Positions 39,135 through 46,606 of a DNA stretch of 64,000 nt are shown piece after piece. Under the pieces are notes generated by a model, which made no database searches, was not told the origin of the DNA, and worked only from the letters and a program-made list of their open reading frames with translations. Source of the stretch: a virus. How positions within the stretch are numbered: position 1 is the first letter of the stretch; the number at the start of each line of letters is the position of its first letter. Location of the stretch: positions 1 through 64,000 of the IMG/VR virus record IMGVR_UViG_3300042398_001307; one strand, 5' to 3'. The translations under genes were made by a program, and so were the position numbers.

Positions 39135-39665
39135 TTATTTGAACATTTGCAAGATATTTTTCATAGCATCTGTATTACTATCCCATGTTTGTCCGCCAAA
39201 TCGTCCGTATTCTATACGGTTATCAACAGACCATTTATTATAATAATCGGACAATTCACCATTGCATTCCAATAGTTCATCACCGTAATTAATTATCATT
39301 ACATTAGGATTCATGCAATCACGAATTGAATAAACCTTCTCAAACGCTTCTTTAATACACATGCCATGTTGTATTAGTACTAGAATAGCAGTTGCTGTAC
39401 TTCTACTAACACCAGCATGACAATGAATTAAAACTTTATCAGTATCAGTAAATGTTTTACTGAATTCTAAAATATTTTCAATATTTTGTAAAGTAGGATG
39501 TTGATATCCTTCTAATGGTACTTCAATATCATAAAATCTTTCTATATGATGTGGAACATCACATTCAAATACAGGTGTAGTTGGATCAACAATGCTAATG
39601 ACTTTAGTATGGGTTGGTGCCCATAAACTTGCTTCGTACAATCCTGATATAGTTATATCTAACAT
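39135..39665 (-). CDS. Cys-based (tyrosine/dual-specificity) phosphatase
   Basis: HCHAGVSRS. Confidence 0.85.
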   Translation of the reverse strand: MLDITISGLYEASLWAPTHTKVISIVDPTTPVFECDVPHHIERFYDIEVPLEGYQHPTLQNIENILEFSKTFTDTDKVLIHCHAGVSRSTATAILVLIQHGMCIKEAFEKVYSIRDCMNPNVMIINYGDELLECNGELSDYYNKWSVDNRIEYGRFGGQTWDSNTDAMKNILQMFK

Positions 39666-39681
39666 TTTTTACCTCAAAAAT

Positions 39682-39733
39682 TGGCGGGGCATAAATTGCT
39701 GTTAAAATCCTTGACAGGATTTATTTTGGCCCC
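39682..39733 (-). ncRNA. CAGCA-stem element E20: inverted (loop-closed) motif on a CCA-ended acceptor minihelix
   Basis: GGGGC..AAATCCTG-TCA-AGGATTT-TAACAGCAA..GCCCC-GCCA. Confidence 0.7.
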
Positions 39734-39741
39734 ATTATATT

Positions 39742-39816
39742 TGGCATTCCCTACGGGATTCGAACCCGTGACGACACCGTGAAAGGGTGTTGAGATAACC
39801 GCTTCTCCAAGGGAAT
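39742..39816 (-). tRNA. tRNA-Glu(TTC)
   Basis: Cloverleaf, CCA. Confidence 0.92.
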
Positions 39817-39938
39817 AAAACTTTTATATAGAAACACACTCGTTTCTGAGCTTTCGGTATGTATGCCTACACTTTCGGATAGCCCCTGCGTCCAGTTGCT
39901 CAGTATCCCATTAACCGTGAATGTGTTTTTATATAAAT

Positions 39939-40017
39939 TGGTCTCCGTGGTAGGATTTGAACCTACGAATCCTCTCGATCCCAAATCGAGCGCTCTACCA
40001 AACTGAGCTACACGGAG
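39939..40017 (-). tRNA. tRNA-Pro(TGG)
   Basis: Cloverleaf, CCA. Confidence 0.92.
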
Positions 40018-40030
40018 ATAATTAAAAAAT

Positions 40031-40113
40031 TGGTGGAGAAGGTAGGAATCGAACCTACTTGTCAGAGACGGGCGGGTTACAGCCGCTTGCCCTACCATTA
40101 GAGCATCTTCTCC
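40031..40113 (-). tRNA. tRNA-Tyr(GTA)
   Basis: Cloverleaf with long arm, CCA. Confidence 0.9.
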
Positions 40114-40351
40114 ATAATTTATAACACTCTCCCACTATGTGTTTTAGACGGTTCGTATCCGAATAAAGAGTGTATATTAAAACATACTCACTTTAACTTG
40201 TCAAGAACCGTAATTCTTAATGCTGATCTAATATGTTTTAATATTTGCTAAGACATCCTTAGCTTGTCTATTGAAATTATCTCCAGAACCCCCTGCTTTC
40301 CGAAACTTTTTAAGTGTTTTCAGTGCCAGGTGCACCATTCACTGTGTAGAT

Positions 40352-40380
40352 ATTATAATCTGTGTTACTGTGTCTGTCAA
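40352..40380 (-). promoter_or_regulatory. Sigma70 promoter proximal to the tRNA array
   Basis: TTGACA-17-TATAAT. Confidence 0.75.
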
Positions 40381-40405
40381 CTACTTTTTTAAGGAGTCTA
40401 AAACT

Positions 40406-40437
40406 AAAAAACCCTGAGAGTTTTCACTTTCAGGGTT
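40406..40437 (-). terminator. Intrinsic terminator (attenuator) after the leader peptide
   Basis: AACCCTGAAAG-TGAAAA-CTCTCAGGGTT-TTTT. Confidence 0.8.
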
Positions 40438-40465
40438 CTTTGAAAAATTAACTTATAATATTAAA

Positions 40466-40606
40466 TTATGTCTTCAAAGAACCCTCTCGATACTCCGGTG
40501 TGCGATCATTATTAATTAAACTAAATACACACCATACAGACGCAATCGAGCCGCCTTTTAAGGTTGATTGTAGTTTAAATTGTTGATGTAATGATTGCAT
40601 ATCCAT
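40466..40606 (-). CDS. Putative attenuator leader peptide (46 aa, all 20 amino acids)
   Basis: MDMQSLHQQFKLQSTLKGGSIASVWCVFSLINNDRTPEYREGSLKT*; AAGGA RBS. Confidence 0.6.
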   Translation of the reverse strand: MDMQSLHQQFKLQSTLKGGSIASVWCVFSLINNDRTPEYREGSLKT

Positions 40607-40657
40607 TTGTATCAATTTTCCTTTTATTCAATCAGTTGACCCCAACTGATGTGATAT

Positions 40658-40686
40658 ATTATACTCTTACTTATCGTTATTGTCAA
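40658..40686 (-). promoter_or_regulatory. Consensus sigma70 promoter for the leader peptide
   Basis: TTGACA-17-TATAAT. Confidence 0.8.
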
Positions 40687-40808
40687 GAACTTTTTAAAAT
40701 TCTTTTCCGGTTAAGTGAAAGTATTTATCATTTAACCGGAATTACTATCTAATATGTGTATATTTTAACATATTTTGTTTGTTTGTCAAGAACTACTTTT
40801 ATTTATGT

Positions 40809-41096
40809 TTATTGTTTGACTGCCATAATTTTTTGTACTCTAAAGTATGGTTTTAAAACATTCATAAAAGTTTTAAAGCTGTATATCCCTTCACCAGGGC
40901 CTTCACCTTGAAAAACATTAGCATACCATGAATCTGGGTATTCTGCAACAAAAAGATTACCATTTTTAGATTTTTTTACATGGGTTTTTACAAACTTCTG
41001 TAATTCAATTGGGATTTTAGTTCCAGTAAACCCACCAAGGTGGATGTTAACTGCTGATGGTTTGTATCTATTTTCTATAATTTGATGTATTTTCAT
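40809..41096 (-). CDS. Hypothetical late protein
   Basis: MKIHQIIE start. Confidence 0.5.
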   Translation of the reverse strand: MKIHQIIENRYKPSAVNIHLGGFTGTKIPIELQKFVKTHVKKSKNGNLFVAEYPDSWYANVFQGEGPGEGIYSFKTFMNVLKPYFRVQKIMAVKQ

Positions 41097-41707
41097 TATG
41101 CTACCAATGGATCTATTATTACTGGGACATTACCACGCATCATTACATTTCCACTATGTAAATCTGGATATGCATTACTACTGAATACATTGCTGTAAAA
41201 TAATGCATTTGCAATTTCATACATACCTGGATATTGTTGCATCATTCTTTTCACATCACTAGTCATTTCATAGTCAGGATCATAGTTTAAACTTATAAAG
41301 TATTCTTGAAATGTTTCTAATATCTTATCAACAATATTCCATTCTCCTGGAGAAATAGGTCTTAATTTTTCCAATTTAACTGCATATGAATCTGGTCCTA
41401 TTTTAATAATAGGACCTAATCTTTTTGGAAGATTAGGATTGTTTTGATGTTTTTTAAAGTATTTATAAAACTGTAAGTATGCATCATCATGTTTAAAGAC
41501 CTTATATATCCATGGATATGAAGGATGTTCATATGCAGAACCATATGAACCAGTACCTAGATGTTTAAAGCCATACGTATCCATTATTGCTTCCCATTCT
41601 TCCAGTGTTGCATATAGAGGTTTATCCCTTATATCACCACCTAATATTTCTTTTGCTTTCTTATAAATATCAAATTTCTTATAACCAGTCAATTCATTTA
41701 TTTTCAT
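41096..41707 (-). CDS. Protein kinase-like protein
   Basis: LGTGSYGSAY, YKVF, DLHSGNVM, IIDP. Confidence 0.75.
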   Translation of the reverse strand: MKINELTGYKKFDIYKKAKEILGGDIRDKPLYATLEEWEAIMDTYGFKHLGTGSYGSAYEHPSYPWIYKVFKHDDAYLQFYKYFKKHQNNPNLPKRLGPIIKIGPDSYAVKLEKLRPISPGEWNIVDKILETFQEYFISLNYDPDYEMTSDVKRMMQQYPGMYEIANALFYSNVFSSNAYPDLHSGNVMMRGNVPVIIDPLVA

Positions 41708-41864
41708 ATGTAATTATCCATATATTATTCATTATTTATCATATCATGTAGAGGTGAACGGAGTTCACCTGGTCTTCGCTATCGCTCATCCCATATTCGC
41801 TAACGCTCTTAATTCAATAATGATAATAATCATAACATAATAATCAATTATATACTATTCATCT

Positions 41865-42270
41865 AGATTACGAGCACACTTTGCCTTAAGCAGGCAAAGT
41901 TAAAAAAATCTACTTCATCTGAGTTGACTTCGACTAGCATTACAACATTACCGAGGCGGTCAGCCTGTACCTCTAGTTGCGTCTTTATCTGACGGCGGGT
42001 ATATATACAAATGCCAGTTTCTTGCATATATCCGTGTGGAATTTATCCACTCTTTTAGCCTTAAATTTTCTCTCTTCAAATAGCAAAACCGGTTGTATGA
42101 AGGCATATCCGATCATCGTCCTGTTAAGGATAGTTGCTAAGTACTCCATTACAGCGTGGAGATTAATGTCCAAGTGGCTTTTCTGCCCTATTTTCATTAC
42201 ACACGAAATAAACCTGTGCTAGTCATAACTGTACTATTGTGCCTGAAAAATGTGCCTAAGAATTGCCTAA
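41865..42270 (-). ncRNA. Candidate large structured ncRNA
   Basis: Own promoter (42279-42307, TAGACA-17-TATAAT), no credible ORF, many hairpins, raised GC. Confidence 0.5.
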
Positions 42271-42318
42271 TGAGATGTATTATACTACAGACCTTTGAGA
42301 TTGTCTAGCTTTATTTTA

Positions 42319-42855
42319 CTAATCGTAATCATCGTCATACGCAGATGGATCATCATAATATTTGTAATATCCTTCATTTTCTTTTAATACTCTAATTTTG
42401 TCACCCATTTGTATTTGCAACATTGTTAAATGTGATTCTTTTAAAATGTCAGTGATGAACCATAACGTACCACAGCCGCCGCCGTATGTTTTGATTGGCC
42501 CGTGCTTGATACTGGTTTGCTGTAAACTTTCCCTAAGCAATGAACCATATTCGGTTATGATTCTAGTAATACCTTTTTCACGATTCTTCAATCTAATTTT
42601 ATCGTGTTCTGTAAGTTGTGTAATAATAGCAGTATTGCTATCATCGATCAGTAGCAAGCAATCTTTTATTTTAATCGATCCTTTGGTATGACTAGAATCG
42701 GGTCTTTCACGAGTTGACCATTTTACATTACACTCTACGTGATCTACGTAATAAGAAGTACCCTTTGTTGTTATTATCCACATCGGTATACTACTATCTT
42801 CTAAATGTTTCTTATTAAAATGAAATAATAAATCATCACACTCTAATTCTATCAT
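42319..42855 (-). CDS. Hypothetical protein
   Basis: FHFNKKHL..IPMW. Confidence 0.55.
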   Translation of the reverse strand: MIELECDDLLFHFNKKHLEDSSIPMWIITTKGTSYYVDHVECNVKWSTRERPDSSHTKGSIKIKDCLLLIDDSNTAIITQLTEHDKIRLKNREKGITRIITEYGSLLRESLQQTSIKHGPIKTYGGGCGTLWFITDILKESHLTMLQIQMGDKIRVLKENEGYYKYYDDPSAYDDDYD

Positions 42856-42978
42856 AATTTTTCCTTGAATAATTTTTGGCATAAAAAAACCCAAGCCATC
42901 TTGATTGCTCAAGACAGTACTTGGGTAAAAAAGGAGTTTTTTAAATTTTTAAAAAATCTTGTAATCTACAACATGATA

Positions 42979-43365
42979 TTAGATCAAAGATTTATATAAT
43001 GAACCAGACAATTGGAAGTTTGATTTCCAGCCCCATTCATCTAACACTAACTGGTTAAAAGTTGTGTCATCTAACTCAATAATATCTTCGATACTCAATT
43101 CGAGCATTCTGATAGCACGGGTGTAGCTTTGTTCATACGAATTGGGAACTGCTGGCAAGTTTTTAACTTTTGCAATGCTATCTAATTCACCGGTATTAAC
43201 CAGTTTCAAGTTATTTTTAGTGATAACTACAACTGCTTTTTTAAAATCTTCGACAGATTCGATATATTCAGCAATGTGTTTTTCTTTGTTTTCACGAACT
43301 ACTGCTAGTAATTCTTCTCTTTTGATTTTTACTGTTTTCATAACATTATTTTCAATGTTTCTCAT
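42979..43365 (-). CDS. Conserved phage hypothetical protein
   Basis: YTRAIRMLELS..LVLDEWGW. Confidence 0.6.
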   Translation of the reverse strand: MRNIENNVMKTVKIKREELLAVVRENKEKHIAEYIESVEDFKKAVVVITKNNLKLVNTGELDSIAKVKNLPAVPNSYEQSYTRAIRMLELSIEDIIELDDTTFNQLVLDEWGWKSNFQLSGSLYKSLI

Positions 43366-43380
43366 AATAAAATGGAATAG

Positions 43381-43455
43381 TGGTGCGCTTGATGGGATTC
43401 GAACCCATTATCGTAAGTTTTAGAGGCTTTTGCTATACCAAGCAGCTTCAAGCGC
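43381..43455 (-). tRNA. Amber-suppressor tRNA (anticodon CTA)
   Basis: GCGCTTG/CAAGCGC-ACCA; loop CT-CTA-AA; weak anticodon stem. Confidence 0.75.
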
Positions 43456-43463
43456 GAAATTAT

Positions 43464-43490
43464 AAAAATAGTAGGGATTTCTCCCTACTA
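43464..43490 (-). terminator. tmRNA terminator
   Basis: TAGTAGGGA-GAAA-TCCCTACTA-TTTTT. Confidence 0.8.
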
Positions 43491-43835
43491 GGTATTTTTG
43501 GTTATAAGGTATTTCCTACCCCAGAACTCGCTGGATATTAAGCAGCGATAGCATCAAAGATGCCATCTACAGTGTAGAATTCAAATTTTGTATTTGCTTT
43601 TGCATTTACTTTAAATGCTTGATTTACGGTCATCGCCTACCGATTCTCCAATGTTCTTTTATCCAGCAATCGAATCTAAGTCAGGCCCATTATAAAACAT
43701 ATTAGCACTTCCCTTTTAAGGGGCAGGAAGTTTATGGCTATGGCCCCACTCTGATACCTCTAATATGTTTTATGGTGGACCTGGCGATGTTCTGCCCATC
43801 GCGTCTTACCAAACTATTACAACATCTTCAACGAA
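43491..43835 (-). ncRNA. ssrA: Two-piece (circularly permuted) tmRNA
   Basis: 3' piece CAGGTCC-ACCA (ends 43773) precedes 5' piece GGGCCTG (starts 43688), G3:U70; tag 43538-43603 AKANTKFEFYTVDGIFDAIAA*. Confidence 0.88.
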
Positions 43836-44037
43836 TTCTTTAAATTACATGTATTATACTACATAAAAAACTTTTGTCAAGAACTATTTTCTTTTTACAC
43901 GTGGTTTAATTCTTGGTTTACCGGTTAATGAGTTGTTTCTGCTTCTAGCCATTGTAAATACCTCTGTTGTTTAAGATGGGTTTATTATACATCAGCCAAA
44001 CGTGATGTCAAGCATTTTTTAATAAATACTACTATTA

Positions 44038-44487
44038 ATGGAGAAGGTTGTGGATATAGGAATACCAAATTTTGATTTTTTTAGTCTTGTGCAACAATGT
44101 GGGTTTCCTATTGCATTAGCTGTGGTATGTGGATGGTTTGTTATGCAAGCAATCCAGTTAGTACTTGGGTCTGTTGTAAAATCCATTAAGAAGATGACAT
44201 TTTTAATTAAATCAATGGATGGACGTGTGAAACAGATGAATGTTGATATTATTGAGATTGATAAATTGATTTCACAAGCATTGAATGTTCAATCATTGCC
44301 AGAAAAAATACATCATGAAGTAGCTGCAGTTATGAATAGTCATGATGTGAAACAACCGATACCAACTAAACCAGTGCCTGATAATCCTAAAAAATCAATC
44401 CGTGAGAAATTTAAAAATGCGGTTGATAATGTGATTGATAAAAATGTTGATTCAATCGTAGAAAAAGTAGAAGGAATTACAAAATGA
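44038..44487 (+). CDS. Membrane protein, holin/YvrJ-like
   Basis: GFPIALAVVCGWFV TM plus coiled coil. Confidence 0.5.
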   Translation: MEKVVDIGIPNFDFFSLVQQCGFPIALAVVCGWFVMQAIQLVLGSVVKSIKKMTFLIKSMDGRVKQMNVDIIEIDKLISQALNVQSLPEKIHHEVAAVMNSHDVKQPIPTKPVPDNPKKSIREKFKNAVDNVIDKNVDSIVEKVEGITK

Positions 44488-44765
44488 GCCCAGAATATAT
44501 AAAATTTTTTTCTGATACAATAACCCCGATTCTTGGTAGTTGTGTGTTAGGTGCGTTTATATTCACTGCATTAAAATTTGTACTTGGTGATGTAATTACA
44601 TCTGTTAGGACATTTGCTAGTATAGTTACTGCATTGGAGAACAGAGTAAGAATAACATCTAATGAATTGATTAAAATTGATGTTACAGTTTCTGCAAAAC
44701 TGGGATTACGCCCTGATTTGGACAGAATTGCGAGATCAGTTAGAGATGATTGTAGGAGAGATTAA
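44484..44765 (+). CDS. Membrane protein, paralogous to neighbours
   Basis: TM then LENRV..ELIKID. Confidence 0.5.
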   Translation: MSPEYIKFFSDTITPILGSCVLGAFIFTALKFVLGDVITSVRTFASIVTALENRVRITSNELIKIDVTVSAKLGLRPDLDRIARSVRDDCRRD

Positions 44766-45056
44766 ATGGATATAACACAAATAGCAGATATTATAAATCG
44801 TTATGGATTTCCAATAATTGCCGCAGGATATATGTTGAAAATGGTGAAATATGTTTGGGATTTTACAATAAATGAGATTAATCCGGTACTGGTAGATGCA
44901 AATAAAGAATTAATTTCACTAATTGATAAAATTCGTCTAGTTGATGCGGATTGCCTTCGAATTACTGCAAAATTGAATACAGTTCTTCAAATGCGAGAGA
45001 ATGCACAAAAACAACCGGTGGAGAATGAATCAAGGGGTAGTAATGAGAGTAAGTGA
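44766..45056 (+). CDS. Membrane protein, holin/YvrJ-like
   Basis: YGFPIIAAG..LIDKIRLVD. Confidence 0.5.
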   Translation: MDITQIADIINRYGFPIIAAGYMLKMVKYVWDFTINEINPVLVDANKELISLIDKIRLVDADCLRITAKLNTVLQMRENAQKQPVENESRGSNESK

Positions 45057-45432
45057 AGTAATTTCTGATAAAACCTCAGATATGGCTATAAATGAATTAG
45101 TAAGATATGTTAATGAAAAGTGGAATAAAGTTGGCTTACAGGTTGATTTTGGCACACATTTTGGTCAAAGAATAAATGACGAGCGTAATAATCCACCGAT
45201 TGATGTTAATGAAGTTGCTAAATTATTTGATAAGTTATTTATTAACGCTGGTAAAGCAATTTCAAGATTGCCGATTGGATTTAAATCGGTAATGAATGAT
45301 CCAGATACCAACATAAATGTAATGTTTGTAATAGTAGAGGCTGGAGGGCATAAAGAAGTTATGTTAACCTCGATTATTAGAAAAACAAAATTTAGATCGA
45401 ATACAAAAGTGTTTAGAGAATATAAGGGATAA
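45043..45432 (+). CDS. Hypothetical late/virion protein
   Basis: MRVSEVI; HFGQRINDERN. Confidence 0.55.
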   Translation: MRVSEVISDKTSDMAINELVRYVNEKWNKVGLQVDFGTHFGQRINDERNNPPIDVNEVAKLFDKLFINAGKAISRLPIGFKSVMNDPDTNINVMFVIVEAGGHKEVMLTSIIRKTKFRSNTKVFREYKG

Positions 45433-45434
45433 CA

Positions 45435-46358
45435 GTGAAATTAAGAGAAATGCTTATTGAACGAATATCATTGGCGAGCCATACACCAACTATTTCATCT
45501 GGTGTATTTGATCATGTTCGTGGTGTTATAACTAATGTATATAAATTAAATAAACAATTGATGAAAACAACAGAATCGCGTAGGCAGATAACCCAACTAT
45601 TCCAAGATGCATTGGTGTCATCCATTCCAGAGTTATTGACTGGATATGCAAAAACATATGCTGGTAGTTCGCCACTTATAGTAATAGACGCATTTGAAGC
45701 TGTTGGGGTCAATGGTGCATATATTCATGACACTAATACGTTACAAATTAGCAAGAAATTTATCATTGATTTAGCAAATTTCTATGTTGCAAGAATTAAC
45801 AGAGAATTAAATGGTGAAGATTTTAGAACATATACACCGTTAATACGATCTAAAACTAATGGGATTGCTGTGGTGTTTGTGCATGAACTTACACATTATA
45901 TTCAGTTTTCAAAATCAGGTAAAGAACGCCCTAGAAGTTATATTTATGATAAAGGCCAAGTAAATGATTTCTTAGCAAAAAACAAGTTGGTATCTAAGAA
46001 AGATCGGGATAATAACCCCGACTGGGATGAAGATACGAGTTTGCAAAAAATTAATGTTTATATAGCAAAAGATGCACTTGATATTAAGAAGAATGTAGCA
46101 ATATACTTGGGACAGCCGGAAGAAATTGCCGCACATGCACAGGAATTCGTTGCTGGGATACTTAATCAGATTTCAAAGCTTCCTAAAGATAACCAATTAA
46201 CCCAAATAGATAAGGTATTAAGATCAGTACATGAAATATCGAATTATTCAATGATGAAAGATCAAGATAACCCTTCATATAAAAAAGTTTTAAACAGATA
46301 TTTGAAATCTGTATACCAGGAATTTGATTCGTATAGAGATTCTTTAGAATTGCCGTAG
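45435..46358 (+). CDS. HExxH zinc-metallopeptidase-like late/virion protein
   Basis: VHELTHYIQ...EIAAHA. Confidence 0.6.
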   Translation: MKLREMLIERISLASHTPTISSGVFDHVRGVITNVYKLNKQLMKTTESRRQITQLFQDALVSSIPELLTGYAKTYAGSSPLIVIDAFEAVGVNGAYIHDTNTLQISKKFIIDLANFYVARINRELNGEDFRTYTPLIRSKTNGIAVVFVHELTHYIQFSKSGKERPRSYIYDKGQVNDFLAKNKLVSKKDRDNNPDWDEDTSLQKINVYIAKDALDIKKNVAIYLGQPEEIAAHAQEFVAGILNQISKLPKDNQLTQIDKVLRSVHEISNYSMMKDQDNPSYKKVLNRYLKSVYQEFDSYRDSLELP

Positions 46359-46606
46359 GACCGTGACTTTGTTACGAAGGCGATAGGTAGCTACTACCTT
46401 TGGAACGCTGATTCGCTACCAGCGTTCCATAAAAAGTAGTTTATATTTTAGATTGTATCTTACATTTAGATATAATTACATCCCAACTGTAGACTATAAA
46501 TATTTCTATAAAACTTATAATCGATACACCCAAAATTAGTAATAAAAGGAACAATGAAAATAGTATTGATAGTGGTGTTAAGCTTTTTCTGTTTCTCATA
46601 AGTGTC

